This document shows, in pieces, positions 50,881-64,000 of a stretch of DNA of 64,000 nt (within the stretch, counting starts at the first letter, position 1; the number at the start of each line of letters is the position of its first letter). Below the pieces are notes generated by a model. The model was not told the DNA's origin and did not search any database. It worked only from the letters and a program-made list of their open reading frames with translations. The DNA comes from Takakia lepidozioides (Eukaryota > Plantae > Bryophyta). A program made the translations under genes and the position numbers. The stretch spans positions 50,468,001 to 50,532,000 of the forward strand of contig CM060731.1 of NCBI GenBank assembly GCA_030704615.1. Reading direction: 5' to 3'.

Positions 50881-53844
50881 TCACCAGTAATCCCCACAAG
50901 AACAAATCCCATCTTGGAAGTGGTGAAAGCGGATGGCATCCCGGACAACAATTTCTCGCTCAACAATCCTTGAGATAAATTTGGTGGCGGTGTGGCAGTC
51001 ACCACACACCCTAAGGTTCTTGATGATGCGGATAGGCGTTCTAGGGGGGGTGCTAATGAGCCCAAAAGCAATAGCCAGTCTTTCACTGTGGTGGCAAAGT
51101 GAAAATTCCTTTTGCTCCTCCTCCATGTCATGTAATACAAAGCTCGTGTCAGGCATGTACCCCGCCTCTTTCATCGCCCCAGACAATCTCTTCAGCTCCA
51201 CATGGATTTCCTCAATTTGTGGATGCAATTTGTCTTCTACAACAAATGTATGGACCTGGTTGTCCACTGCAATTGAGCTGCACCCTGGCTCCTTTCTGAC
51301 TCTTCTACTCTGCATCATTTTTCTCACCTTTGCAGTATCCTCCCACCTGCCAGCAGCAGCATAGATGTTTGACAACAGCACATAAGCTGCCGCATCCTGT
51401 GGATCCCTCTTCAGAAGGCACTTTGCAGCACGTTCTGCTACCTGCACATTGCCATGGATTCTACTGGAACCAAGCAAGGCTGCCCACACACCAGCATCTG
51501 GTTCGACTGACATTTTGTTAATGAAGCCCTCTGCCTCATCCAATTGCCCGGCACGGCCAAGAAGGTCCACCATACAGCCAAAATGTTCGACTGTAGGAGT
51601 GAGGCCATGATCTCGGCTCATTGAATCAAAGTAGTGACAACCTTCATCCACAAGGCCCACATGGCTACATGCGGAGAGAACAGATGTGAAGGTGATACTG
51701 TTTGGCTTGAGGCCTTCATGTTGCATTTGTTCAAATAGTTGCAGGGCTTCCCCACCACACCCGTGCTGCCCGTATCCTGCTATTATGGTGCTCCACGATA
51801 CCACATCTCGCTTGGCCATATTCTCAAACATTTGACGCGCGTTCTTTGTGCTCCCACATTTGGCATACATGTCAATGAGGGTGTTCTCCAGAATAATATC
51901 TGGGACGATTCCAGCTTTGACGATGTCAGCATGGACTGCTATGCCCTTTTCAAGGGCTGCCAGGCTGGCACATGCATTGAGAATGCAAATGAATGTGACA
52001 TTATTAGGCATCACCCCTTCCTGTATCATCCGCTCATAGATCTTGAAAGCCTCCCTTCCACAGCCATCCTTGGCATATCCTGTGATCATCACATTCCATG
52101 AGACAACATCTCGTTCATGCATTTTGTCAAACACTTGACGAGCATCCTTCATGCTCCCACATTTCGCATACATGTCAGAAAGGGCTGTCTCAAGATTCAC
52201 ATGTGGTATAATTCCAGCTTTGACTATGTCAGCATAGACCTCTTTGCCTTTTGCCAGGGTTCCTAGGCTGTCACATGCATTGAGAAGACAAATGAACGTG
52301 ACTTTGTTGGGTGTCAGCCCTTCCTGTCTCATCTGGTCATACATCTCGAAAGTCTCCCTACTAAACCCATGTTGAGCATATCCTGCGATTATTGCATTCC
52401 AAGAGACCACATTTCGTTCAGTCATATTGTCAAACACTTGACGAGCAAGTTTTATGCTTCCACATTTGGCATACATGTCGACAAGGGCATTCTCCAGGAT
52501 AACATGCGATGCAATTCCAGCTTTTATGATGTCAGTGTGGAACTGTATTCCCTTTTCTAAGGCTCTCAGGCTGGCACATGCATTGAGAACACAAGTGTAT
52601 GTGAACCCATCAGGTATCACCCCTTCCTGTTGCATATGCTCATAGATCTCCAGAGCCTCCCTACCACAGCCATGCTGAGCATATCCTGTGATCATGGCAT
52701 TCCATGATACCACATCTCGTTTAGCCATATTCGTGAATACTTGATGCGCATCCTGTATGCTCCCACATTTGGAGTACATGTCAACAAGGGTATTCTCCAG
52801 ATTGATATCTGGTGCCATTCCAGCTTTGATGATGTCATTGTGTACCTCTCTACCTTTTCCTAGGGCTGCCGGGTTGGCACACGCCTTGAGAACACAAATG
52901 AATGTGACCTTGTTTGGTGTCACCCCCTCTTGTTTCATCTGCTCATACATGTTCAAAGCCTCCCTACAGCACCCATGCTGAGCATATCCTGTGACTATTG
53001 CATTCCACGACACTACATCTCGCTTAGCCATATTGTCAAACACTTGACATGCATCCTTTAGGCTCCTGCATTTGGCATACATGTTGACGAGGGTGTTCTC
53101 CAAAATGATATCTGGCAGAATTCCAGCTTTCATGATGTCCGCATGGACCTCCATCCCCTTTTCCAGGGCCCCCAAGCTCGCACATGCCTTGAGAACAGAT
53201 ATAAAAGTGACCCTGTTGGGTGTCATGCCTTCATTTCTCATATACTCATACATCCCCAAGGCCTCTCTACTACAGCCATGCTTGGCGTATCCTGCTATCA
53301 TTATATTCCAAGAGAATATGCCTCGTTTAGGCATTTTGTCAAACACATGCCGTGCATCCACCATGCTCCCACACTTGGCATACATGTTGACAAGGGTGCT
53401 CAGTAGGAAGATGCTTGGCTTGAATCCACTTCGGATAATGTGGCCATGCACCTGCTTTCCCTCTGCTAGGCCCTCTATGTTGATGCACTCTTGCAAGAGA
53501 CAGACATAAGTATTGGAGTCTGCAAAAATGCCTCGCTGGTGCAAAATGTGGAGTGCCTCTTTCAATTGTCCTGCCATACATAGTGTCCTCACATCACCAC
53601 ATTGTGCTTTACTTTGAACCATGGAAGCTAGCTCTGCTTCTACCCAAGGAGAGTTCGAGGAACCCTCAATCCAAAGAGCCTCCTTGGTGCCTCTGTATCT
53701 GAAATCTGGTGATCTTGGACTTAGTGAGCATGGTGTTTGTAGGATGGAATGGAGAGTGCAGCACCTGGCAAGGTGCATTTTGGGTTCAGCATCACCACAT
53801 AAAGCTTCATTGATGTCAGGGTCCGATTCCACACCATCTGTCAT
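50881..53844 (-). CDS. PLS-class PPR protein with E1-E2-DYW deaminase domain (organellar C-to-U RNA editing factor), 987 aa, intronless
   Basis: About 20 L/S/P motifs with 101-aa periodicity, KEPG box, HSERLA, CGDCH, terminal DYW. Confidence 0.96.
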   Translation of the reverse strand: MTDGVESDPDINEALCGDAEPKMHLARCCTLHSILQTPCSLSPRSPDFRYRGTKEALWIEGSSNSPWVEAELASMVQSKAQCGDVRTLCMAGQLKEALHILHQRGIFADSNTYVCLLQECINIEGLAEGKQVHGHIIRSGFKPSIFLLSTLVNMYAKCGSMVDARHVFDKMPKRGIFSWNIMIAGYAKHGCSREALGMYEYMRNEGMTPNRVTFISVLKACASLGALEKGMEVHADIMKAGILPDIILENTLVNMYAKCRSLKDACQVFDNMAKRDVVSWNAIVTGYAQHGCCREALNMYEQMKQEGVTPNKVTFICVLKACANPAALGKGREVHNDIIKAGMAPDINLENTLVDMYSKCGSIQDAHQVFTNMAKRDVVSWNAMITGYAQHGCGREALEIYEHMQQEGVIPDGFTYTCVLNACASLRALEKGIQFHTDIIKAGIASHVILENALVDMYAKCGSIKLARQVFDNMTERNVVSWNAIIAGYAQHGFSRETFEMYDQMRQEGLTPNKVTFICLLNACDSLGTLAKGKEVYADIVKAGIIPHVNLETALSDMYAKCGSMKDARQVFDKMHERDVVSWNVMITGYAKDGCGREAFKIYERMIQEGVMPNNVTFICILNACASLAALEKGIAVHADIVKAGIVPDIILENTLIDMYAKCGSTKNARQMFENMAKRDVVSWSTIIAGYGQHGCGGEALQLFEQMQHEGLKPNSITFTSVLSACSHVGLVDEGCHYFDSMSRDHGLTPTVEHFGCMVDLLGRAGQLDEAEGFINKMSVEPDAGVWAALLGSSRIHGNVQVAERAAKCLLKRDPQDAAAYVLLSNIYAAAGRWEDTAKVRKMMQSRRVRKEPGCSSIAVDNQVHTFVVEDKLHPQIEEIHVELKRLSGAMKEAGYMPDTSFVLHDMEEEQKEFSLCHHSERLAIAFGLISTPPRTPIRIIKNLRVCGDCHTATKFISRIVEREIVVRDAIRFHHFQDGICSCGDYW

Positions 53845-53952
53845 GGCTGAAAAATGGGCAAAAGAGAAAGAGACAGAGAGAGAGATAGCAGAAGAAAGAA
53901 GTTAGAGAGAGAAACAGAGAGCGGGAGAGGCACCTGAAAGCCAGGGCCCCCT

Positions 53953-54048
53953 CAGCAGTATTCATGACGCTCCAGACACCAAGAAGAGCAAAGTGGACAG
54001 CCCTCTGGATATTGACTTGAGAAGTGGGGACTTCAACCATGTTAGCCA
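53953..54048. repeat. 96-bp direct repeat, copy 2 (upstream of the PPR start)
   Basis: Ungapped match to 50683-50778 at an offset of 3270 bp. Confidence 0.93.
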
Positions 54049-55766
54049 GGTTCTTAGAATTTTGGACACCTCTCCAGGCCCAGGGTTACATCTGTAGCTG
54101 ACTACTAACCAGCTTTGTGAGGATTGGATGGTCCAAGAGCTAGGATACGTTGGCCTGCCAGGCGCACACACTACACCCTACATACAGACAATAATCTTTA
54201 ACTGTTAAGACTGTAATCAGGCCTTACAGGTGCATGTAGCTGAAGGCCGAGTTAATAAAATCAGACTTCTCTTGGCAGTTTGCAAACAAACATCTGGCTA
54301 TACCATTGTTTGCCAAGTGTTGAGGACTTGAGAACCATTGGTAATGCCAGAAAATGCTGTAATGATCTCTGTCGAAGGGCATTTCAGGTCCCCGGGTTGA
54401 ATTGAGATGTCGGAAGACGGTGACTAGCACTTTGAATCGGAAGTGTCCGAAAAGATTTGGAAGCGAAGCGCCTGTACCTTGGGTCGTAATGCTCTCTCAC
54501 TCTCTCTCTCTCCCCCCGCTGTGTCAATAGGTCTCTGGACCTCCAGTGGACGAACATTTTTTTTGCTTCTTTCTTCTCTCTCCTCTAAAATAGAGCCACA
54601 CCTGTTGAGATACTGCTAGGCGCATATGTCACTACCATGGTTGCAGCAAGCACGAATTAGGAGAAGAGAATGCCCACCTTTTGTCTATCGTGATCAACCT
54701 CAGGGGCACCAAACAGGCGCCGAATCTGTCCTCTGCATTGACAGTCTGTGTTTGGTGTACTGCGGATTACCCCCTGCAGCCTAACTTACCGAGAGTGCCC
54801 ATTTGAATCACGAACCTGAAGCTGAGAAAGGAATAATCGATACCAAAAAAAAAGAATTTCAGACAGGTATATCAACAGCCAGAGCATGGACGCTTGCAGT
54901 TTGCAAGGATATAGGAGGCATGTACGTAAGCTAATCTCCGAGACTCACATACCAAAACAACTTCCGCACAGAGGTGTGAACTTGAAGAAGACGGTACAGT
55001 CAAGGAGGACGGTGAGAGGGAGGAGGATGACACCGCCATCGCCACGCCCTGGCAACATGCTCGTATTCAGCATATCAATACATGTATTTTATTGGGATTG
55101 TGGGGTACTGAAGCCTGTTTTGATGGTTTGATTGTTTGGTTTCATGCTTTGGGCACCCATAACTTTCTTTCCATTTGGCCATTGAAGCTCCTGCAGTGGC
55201 ATTGGAAAGCTCTCACTCTGGACTACAGTATTGATGAAGGAAGGCATACAGCATCTGACTGCTCTATGCCTGGTGGTACTGAGTGGACAACCAGGTTGTT
55301 TCATATAAAACATGGGATAACCACAGCTCCATCTCTGTGGTTTTGTTACAATGGGAGAGAACAATGCAGGCATCCAGGTTATACCTTTCAAACATTAGAG
55401 AAACAGGCTAGCTTGGCTGCTTGAGCTCCGGCACAGCTTTCTGCCTCACGCAAATTTCAACACTGCAAACCTTCTGTCATTATCCAACAGAGAGCCTAGT
55501 TATATAATCTTCCTTCAAGTCTAAAAGCATTGTACACTAAAATCCTAAGGGTTTTTACTTTAGGCTCCTGCCGCCAGAGCTTCAAATGTATCCATGACCT
55601 TTTGGGCAAGTCCCACCTTCTTCAGCATCATTGATAAGAAATGTGTCTGCCAGCAACGAGCAAGTCCGGAGTGATGTGTATGCCTTCCCAGACGAGACGA
55701 TGACGGACCCACAACTCTTGGTTAGGACCTGCCCTGAAACTCATCAATATACGGAGTAGAAAATAA

Positions 55767-58391
55767 CTAGGGACTGTCATCATCCTTCGCAGCCATGAGG
55801 CGTAATCTTTCCGCTGCCAAAAGGCTCCCTGTCTTGGCCTTTTCTTCCATCAACAACGACTGAAGATCGCTTCCATTGGCAAGGCTGTTAAACTCGACTG
55901 ACTTGGAGGGCATAGATGGATACCGTCTCTGGCACAGAGTCATCAGCCTCTTGATGGACTGCAAGTACTTCCTTGTAGTTTCATCATTCATAATGTGTGC
56001 AACACTGTTGGTGTAAATTTTCTCGCGAGCTGAACGCTCATGGATACCCACCATAGTCACTCCAATAGGCCAAGGGGCATTACCTATTGCGAGTTTGATA
56101 TACTGGTCCATAGCTGTCATGTAGTCTCTCTCCATACAGCAATTCACCACTATCATCAGCGCAGTGCGGATGTCATCAGGAAGCATCTGCCATTACAGCA
56201 ACAGAGGAAGGGTCAATGATTGATCTGAGTGCCTGTTGAACTAGTCATTGCTCTGGTTGAAGTCATAACCCATGACATGCAAACACATCAAAAGAAAGAG
56301 TTCCTCCTATCGAGTGTCTATGCCCACAGCTTCTTGTAAATGCTGAGACATGTTTTGTATATTCAGACTGGTAGACTGATGGACTCTGGCAGGCACATTC
56401 TGCCAGAGGACCTCCATCAGCCAAAAAGCAACAGCAACACTACACCATCACTAAATAACCACCCGAGAATGAACACATGACAGTCCCTGAACATATCATG
56501 GAGAACATTGCAGGAGCAAGAAACAACTGCCAGAGTTTTGCTAAGTCATTACTGTGGCGTTTTTGTCCCCTTGTATTAGCAGAAAGAAGACCCAGTTGAG
56601 ATCCACCAAATTCAAAATAATCAGGAATCAGTACTCTGGAAGCTGAGACCTTCACACCATATTCCTCACACCCAGTTTGGACACAGCAGAAGGGAGACCT
56701 GAGGAGGGAGGGAGAAGGCAGCTAAAAAGTGGGTGTGTGAAGAGAATGTACTCATGAGACATTTGCTGTAGCCTTGTGGCCATAGACCCTGAGCCCAGTT
56801 TGGGCAGAATGGTGTGTGGAGAAACATAGCAGGGCAAGCACGACAAAGTGGTAAGTGGAAAAGGAGAGTGCTGCTTTACCCTTTTCCGACACATTTTGAA
56901 AAGAGGCTTTAGATATCGGGCACACTGCTTGAAGGTTGCCACACTTGATTTTCCACGCCCAGTCCGTTTCTCAGTCTCAGGTCGATCCTCAAGTTCGTGT
57001 TCCCACTCTTGTAGCAAACGCTTGAAGAAGACCAGTATCTTGTCCTCATCACATAGCTCCTCAAAATTGCTCTTCAATCTCTGCTCAGAAATAAAACCAG
57101 GAAATAATCTTGTCAGAAAAGTTCCTCACGGTTCTTGAGTTTCCCTTGTAAGCAAAGCCTGATGGGTTGCATACTAATCTTTTCATCTGGAGTAACAGCA
57201 AGAAAATGGCCTCACTGCACCTAAAATTTTCGGTGCCATACAGCTAGTTCCATAAATAATGCGACTGCAGACATACAGTTCAGACATTTAGGGTAGATGT
57301 GAGCTACAATTCCAATAGAAACCATCTTTGTCTGCAGTGTCTGCACAGGTACTGTAGGTTCGGTGAACCCTTTCAGTAATTAACCATAAATTTAGCCCGC
57401 ACTGGGAGAAACCCGTTCATGACTAAATTCCTCTGCCTACAGTTCGTTGTAAAGTTTGTTATTCTTTCAGAAGAGCTTTGCCACCACACCAATCTTTGGC
57501 CCCACACCTGTGGTATTCAAAGACAATAAACACATTACAATGGTGCTGGTATGGGATGACTTGAATCCTTCAAAACCACAGTTTCTTCCACCTGTCTCGC
57601 CACCAAGCCAGACAACATCACTTTTGCCTGAAAGATATTTCCGAGTTTACTTTAAAACTGGCTTCGTTGCCATGGCACATGGCTCCTACACTCTTGAAAG
57701 ACACTGGATGCAGAAAGCTCAGTAGAAAACAAAATCAGCATAGACATAATACCTTCATATCTTTGTCATTGTCCACGCCAGAAGAAAAGCCCCCTTCCCC
57801 GTTTGCGTTCTGCTCTCCACCCCCGCCCCCATCTTTGTCTCTATCATCGGCAGCCCCAGCATCTTTTTCCTTGTTCTTGTCCTTGCGTGGCTCGAGCCGC
57901 CCATGCTTCTCCCTCTTCCGTAATTCCGCCATATCCATTAAGAAATCATTCCTCTGTCCTTCCATGAGCTCGCTGTCGGGGTCAGTCACCCCTGCCTTCA
58001 ACAGCGCCTTCAACCTAGCCAACCTCGCATCATCGTCTTCCCCAAACAGAGTGATCGGATGTTTAAGATACCGCAAGCGGCGAATCACTTCAACCCTAGG
58101 AAGAACAAGTTCGTCAATCTTCTCTTCATCGCTAGTGTTTTCTTTGGATTTCAGAGATGTTTTGGAGGTCGTTGGCAAAGACGAGGGCCCATCTGAGCTT
58201 GACAGAGAAGGATCACTGGACCCTGGACCCCCTTTCTTGGCAACCTTTTCTAACAACTCCCGCTTCTCCTCCTCCCTCTTCCTCTCCAGACCACGCTGCT
58301 CAATCTCTGCCCTTCTGACAAACTTCCGGCCCCCGAATTCCTGCTCAAATGTCTTCCTCTTGCGCTCCAGCTCCCTCTTGAGAACATCCAT
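55767..58391 (-). CDS. PRP18: Pre-mRNA splicing factor Prp18, about 419 aa
   Basis: Exons 58391-57753, 57080-56880 and 56186-55767 (1260 nt, GT-AG). SFM/PRP4-like motif EVIRRLR...PITLFGE and Prp18 signature LAIGNAPWPIGVTMVGIHERSAREKI. Confidence 0.96.
56741..56809 (-). mobile_element. Short LINE-related 3'-end fragment in Prp18 intron 2
   Basis: The minus strand reads aaactgggctcagggtctatggccacaaggctacagcaaatgtctcatgagtacattctct, the same terminus as the LINE family. Confidence 0.8.
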
Positions 58392-59211
58392 AGTTCCCCA
58401 CCCTATCTAACTCCACTCCCACCAAAACTCTCTTCCGTCCCTCTTCAACCTACAATCAACATTCTTTCCTCTCAACTCTCTTCAACCCTGTCACCGATAC
58501 TGCATTAAAGGAACATTTCCTGCACCAGCAAACCATCCCATCATCTCCGCATCCAAACACCTCACAATCAAAACAAACCAACACAATTCTCCTTCAGATC
58601 TCTGTCTGATTCCTCGACACCAGCAATACTCCGAGTAACAAGCCACTCCAGAGTCACACCCGAACCCTAAAACAACATATTCCCCCACCCGGACATTTGC
58701 CGGCCGCTGGCCGCACCCGGCTTAGCCTGAATTTAATAATTGATTTATTTACGCTAATTTCTGTCGGTGCCATTTTTAATTTTCCGCGGCCACTTGCACT
58801 CGAAATCTTCACTCGGATCTTCCGTCTTTTATTATCAACGGCCGAGAACTGCTTACATCGAATCGGACGGTATCCACGTTGAAAACGTGAGCGCATGTGT
58901 CACTCAGGCGGGACGCGTGTGAGCGGGCCCGCCTCAAGGAACGAACGAATAGAAAAATGCCTTCATCTACTTTGCATCCCCTTTCGTGGATGATGTGCAG
59001 CGGAAGTGAAGGGTCGGGGTGGATGGAGGAGTTACGTTGGATGGATGAAGGATGGATGAAGGCTTCTCTCTCTCTCTCACTCTCCCTCTCTTTCTTTCTC
59101 GTCTGCCTCGCGTGCTTGAAGAAGCTCTTCAGATTCTTCGCTCCTTTCTTGCAATCGTTCTGCAAATTTGTGTGTGGCTGAATCTGAGGAGAGATTTCTG
59201 TGTGGGGAGAG
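58392..59211. promoter_or_regulatory. Putative bidirectional promoter and 5' UTRs between PRP18 and MO25
   Basis: Divergent start codons 820 bp apart; telo-box-like aaccctaa near 58663; gggcccg element near 58925; pyrimidine-rich leader on the MO25 side. Confidence 0.5.
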
Positions 59212-60225
59212 ATGTCGTTCTCGTTTTTCAAGCAATTCAAGGCAAAGACGCCTGCGGAGTTGGTGCGCCTTGCACGGGATGCGCTGCTGGCGCTGGACTC
59301 CAAGACTGTGGCGGATGTGCGGCTTCTTGAAAAGGCGCTGGAGGAGGTTGATAAGAACGTGAGGGCACTGAAGGATGTGCTGCTGGGAGATGGTGATACG
59401 GAGCCGAGCCTGGAAAATATGGTGGAGGTGACGCAGGAGGCGTGCAAGGTGGACCTGCTGGAGGTGTTTGTGCAGAAGCTGTCAACTCTAGGGTGGGATG
59501 CTAGGAAGGACGCTGTTAACATCTGGGGTGCGTTGTTGAGGCAAAAGGTGGGAGGCAGTCAGTGTGGTCTGGAGTACATGGAAAATCACACCGAGCTTCT
59601 CGACTTTCTTGTGTCATGTTACGAGAATAAGGAGATAGCGCTGAATTGTGGTAACATGCTGCGTGAGTGCTCGAGGTATGCCAGCTTGGCCAAGTACATG
59701 TTGGAGTCTGCGAGTTTTGAGCTGTTTTTCAAGTACGTGGAGCTTCCCAATTTCGACATTGCGTCTGATGCGTTCTCCACTTTCAAGGAGCTTCTCACCA
59801 GGCACAACACAGTCGTGGTCTCTTATCTCACCTCGCACTATTCTGAGTTCTTTGCATTCTATGACAGGCTGCTTGGATCTGGCAACTATGTGACGCGTCG
59901 GCAATCTCTGAAGCTCTTGAGCGATATTCTGTTGGATCGAGCCAACTCCCCAATCATGATGCTATACATTTCCGACGTCCGGAACCTGCGAATCATGATG
60001 AACCTCATGAAGGATGCTAGCAAGAACATCCAGTCATCTGCTTTCCACGTCTTCAAGGTGTTCGTGGCCAATCCAAACAAACCTCCACAAATTGTTAACA
60101 TCTTGTTCAAGAACCGGGAGAAGTTGCTGAAATTCTTAGACAGCTTCCATTTGGATAAAGAAGATGAGCAGTTCGAAGAGGAGAAGGAGCTGCTGGTGAA
60201 AGAGATTGAAGGCTTGCAACCTTGA
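59212..60225 (+). CDS. MO25: MO25/CAB39-like scaffold protein, 337 aa, intronless
   Basis: MSFSFFK..KTP start, IALNCGNMLREC, PNFDIASDAFSTFKELLTRH, NYVTRRQSLKLL, AFHVFKVFVANPNKP. Confidence 0.96.
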   Translation: MSFSFFKQFKAKTPAELVRLARDALLALDSKTVADVRLLEKALEEVDKNVRALKDVLLGDGDTEPSLENMVEVTQEACKVDLLEVFVQKLSTLGWDARKDAVNIWGALLRQKVGGSQCGLEYMENHTELLDFLVSCYENKEIALNCGNMLRECSRYASLAKYMLESASFELFFKYVELPNFDIASDAFSTFKELLTRHNTVVVSYLTSHYSEFFAFYDRLLGSGNYVTRRQSLKLLSDILLDRANSPIMMLYISDVRNLRIMMNLMKDASKNIQSSAFHVFKVFVANPNKPPQIVNILFKNREKLLKFLDSFHLDKEDEQFEEEKELLVKEIEGLQP

Positions 60226-63200
60226 CCGTGCATGCACTAACCGTCTCCCTTACCAAACACACATCACCTGATTGGCTCTTTTGTGGCGGGTCTGTAAATC
60301 CTTCATTTTCCTGCTCACTCTTTTAGGTCCAGCAGGCCTGGGCACATGGTTCCAACAATCACACATCGCCAGAGTGGGCTCTTTCACTCTTTGAAAGTCC
60401 ATACATTCTTGAATTCTCTGCATTACCTTCTCGAACTTTCTCTGTAGGGTTTCGAGATTTTGTTTTTGGTCCTTCTCATGGCCAAGATCGGGTACAGGGA
60501 AGCCTATGATTGTTCAGTCACTGTATTTGAGCCACAATGACTCATAACAGTTGACATAATTGAGTCATTACCTGTTCTTTGGAAAGTTGTAGTGATTCCT
60601 GGGTAGATGGAAAACCTGGTTCTACAAACTCAGCAAAGCGGATCTACCGGCTATGCAAACTGTGCCTGAATTTCACGCGGATCAGAAGTTTCACAGAAGT
60701 GAAAGTGAAAATGTAGGGTGCAGACAGCTTTAGGAGTGAATAGTTAGCAATTTCAATCATTTTATTCTCTCCCATCAACCTCACAGAAAGACTCGAATTC
60801 CTCAAATCTGACCATCCGAGGATCAGAGATGGGTAAGAAACAGTGACAGTGGATGCTTCTGAAGAGATTTTGGTTCAGATTCCACAACATACGGGTACTG
60901 GAGGCTTCACTGTGGCCAAGTTCAACCAACAGGGAGATGATGTTGTAGTTCTTGAACAGGGCCTTTGACTGCTGTTGAGGAGAGATGAATCATTGTGCAG
61001 CTCAATTTGACCCACTTCCATTTTCACTCACCAGTGATAGCCATGGCGGTTTTTCTGCAGAGAGGTATCGTTGAGTATTTCTGTTTGGATTCCTTGGTTT
61101 AGCACTTGGGCATATGTGAGAGAGGTAGTTAAATAAGGCAAATGAATTGTATCTAGACACATCCAATCTCAGACAGTCTTGGTAGGGTGGACTTCTTGTT
61201 CTCTGACGACTGTGACCCCCTTGTAGTGAGAGAGAGAGAGAGAGAGGTCGGGTGGGAGGGAGGAGGGAGAAGAATCTCATGAAAGAGCTAAACATCATGT
61301 TGTGGGGCTTTTTTATGCAGAGGGTAGATAAGCAAGGTCAGAGTGGGTCCTGAGGCCATGCGACTTCTCCTTGAAGCAGAGTTAGCATCCTAGAATTGGT
61401 AATGGGGTTTGTGTTTCATAGGGCTGGCTTTGTCCCGGTACTGTAAAGCGTTGTTGCACAAAGCCCATCTGGCTATCACAGATGTTACACATGTGGCTTT
61501 GGTGTTACTGCTAGCAGACTCTAGTGGAAAATGGCAGGCATATGTAGAAAAGCTCCCTTGAAATAAGAGTCAGGCAGTCTAGACTTCTGATCAAAAAGTT
61601 TCCTTGGACAGGTCATGTTTGTAGCCAAGCTCAATGTTGGTGCTTGTTGGCTGCGGAGAAGAACTCGGCGAATTTTGGGACTTTGATTGCCCCCTATGTG
61701 ATTGGCTACAGCATCACTGTGACCGGGAAAGTCTGACAGGTGCTTCCTCCAACTTCCTGCCAGCTGTACCACCTGGTTCTTTGTGAACTTCCCAGCCACC
61801 CAGAAGTGAGGAATGATAACCAAGAAGTCAGTCATAAAAAGGTTCTCATCATCTACAATGGCTCATTCATTGGGGGGAGAAGCTTTATCAGTAATCTCTC
61901 TCGATAATGACCACTTACTTCACTTTCCTAGTTGCTCTGGACAGCCAGAGTGGCTAGAGCGGGTTGGCACTCTGGAAGCAGATGGTGACCATTGTATTGT
62001 AAACTATCTCCAGTGCCACTCTTTGTTTTCATTGCTTTGGGAGCATTTGTGAGCTTCAGAAGATTATTTCAGTTGGACTTCTCTGAACTAGCCAGTGTCT
62101 CAACAACAAGGATGCTATGTTATGCAAAGGCACCTCCCTGTGAACTTGATAGATAACTTGGATGCCTGCAAGCCATGATGTGGTCACCAAGACCAGACTA
62201 CTCATCAAGAAGAGGGAAATGCACTTTACACAGTATATAGGGTGGCAAGCTTGCATGAAGTTGGATCAAGACAAACCAGGGCACTTGAAGAGCCGGGTGT
62301 AAATAGATATCCCACCATCAAATCCACAAACACATGAGAACAGTTTGTCAGGGAATGTACTTCAATGGTGTGGAAGCATGTTGCATCTTACCTAGGTCAT
62401 AAAAAGAGAAAGGAGAGGAGGAAAAACCTCCTTCATGACAGCTCCTCAACATTGAAGATGCGACCCTCAGCGCCCCATTCTACCAGCAGTGCGTGCATCT
62501 GCTGCAGATTGCTAGCGGACCACTATGCGGCCAACATAGAACAGACACAGATGTGAAATCATCTGATGAGTCTCCCATTCTTGCAACTTGAAAATCCAAA
62601 TCTTACTCCGCATCTTTCCTTTAGTTTTCTGCCTCTCTGCAATTCACTATTTGGAAGCCCAAGTTTAGGCAAGCAAAAAAGAGAATTAATTAACCAAGAA
62701 GGATGCAGAAAGAGTCCTACGGGAGAACTCTTGACAACATACCATGGCTAATTCCTTACCAATAAAGCTGAAGGACACAAGTTGTACCTTACCAGAGCCT
62801 ACTTCCTTCCCCATTCAACAATTTGGGAAAAATACACGCTTTGAAACAGACATGCTTTCCAATGGCATATTGCATCGCATCAATTGAATTGTTCCAAGAT
62901 TCTTGTCCACATCTATTACTGTCCCACATCTTGCAGGCTACCAATGTAAGTTGGCTGTCCTGCACCTGCAATCATGCACCATGGAGGGGAGAAGTGTGAC
63001 ATTCCCCATATCAAAAAATGGTAAGGTCTCTACGTATTTCAAAAGTGAAAATTTACACTTAATTGTCCATTACTTGTACTAAGATGTATTTCCCCCTCTC
63101 CTTTCAGGTCCACATTGAGGAGTAAAATCTGATTAGAACTCAAGACCCACTTCACCACTCCATGATCTAAATCATCCAACCTCTGCATCGCTAGGGGCTT

Positions 63201-64000
63201 CTTCTTATCTTTTATGCTTCACTTTAGGCATGGGAGGGCAACTGCAATGCAAATAGAGAAATACTAGGAAGGACCTCATGCATCTTTCCCAACCCCATCA
63301 CATGCATTGTTATTGTTTTCTTGAATTGAGAGAGAGTCGTTCAAAAACTTGCGCATGTTCAGGCACATGGACTGGAGCTTCAACTCAATCCAATTCCATT
63401 GAATCGTTGTACAACCTCCTGCAAACAACATGCTTCCAACATGAGATCTACATGGTCAACATCCTCTTACAAACTTGAAGTAAGAAAAAATGCATGGGAA
63501 ATGTTGTTTGATGTAATGAACCTTCATATCCAACCCTGCTGGTGAGAGCTTGTGAAGAGATTCTAGACAGGCCTTCAAGTCTTTGTAAGGCACTTAATAT
63601 TTCTGGGAACTCGAACGTGTGACAGGTTTGGCGGGGCGTTGATGCGTTCATCTCAGTTCAACAACTGTCTGGCGAGAAGAATGGGTTGTCATGTGATAGG
63701 CAAGCATCTTGAAGATTCGATTGAAGACATACACGACATTGTACATGCGCGCCTCCCCAGTTCACATATCATGATGTCAGACTCATGCTTCAGCATGACA
63801 TACAACTCAGGTCTTGGTTTCAGCAGGGCCAGGATCACCTGAGACAGATACTCTGGGATCATAATCATCTTTTCCTTAAAGGGCAGATGGCCAGGCAATG
63901 GCTTGAGACTTCTAAGCATCTCCACAAACCACCCAATTAGACGGAGGGTGTATTGCGTACCTATACTGCCCTGGCTAGGAAGAAGGTTGATAGAGCTTGT

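Noticed and set aside
50933-53509. Plus-strand ORFs overlapping the PPR gene (likewise those antisense to the NLR, pol and PRP18)
   Set aside because: Antisense shadows of repetitive coding sequence.
62563-62600. Hammerhead ribozyme core (CTGATGA...GAAA)
   Set aside because: Stem II and the flanking stems do not pair.
60300-64000. Possible degenerate or partial gene at the right edge
   Set aside because: Only short ORFs and one exon-like piece (~62793-62965); no recognisable motifs.

Overview
Eukaryotic land-plant nuclear DNA. A bryophyte such as a moss is likely from the gene styles, but that is inference. The left third (1-18.7 kb) is a nest of mobile elements: a full-length but decayed Ty3/gypsy chromovirus (Galadriel-like; LTRs, PBS, PPT and 5-bp TSD all visible), 5'-truncated copies of a non-LTR retrotransposon that sit at (CT)n tracts, a TA-flanked MITE, and the right end of a CACTA element that abuts the LRR tail of a TIR-NB-ARC-LRR gene (18.7-24.9 kb, minus strand). 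An upstream exon encoding a hydrophobic segment and five 29-aa repeats can splice in frame onto that TIR exon. The middle (27-42 kb) holds relics: a tRNA-like head, a copia integrase fragment, an intronless BAH pseudogene, a DYW pseudogene, and a dispersed repeat family carrying a ubiquitin-E1 (UBA1-like) fragment and a highly structured segment. The right third holds intact-looking genes: a CNGC2/4-like channel (8 exons, one GC-AG intron), an intronless PLS-DYW PPR protein bracketed by 96-bp direct repeats, Prp18, and an intronless MO25 arranged head-to-head with Prp18. All alignments were done by eye and no searches were run.
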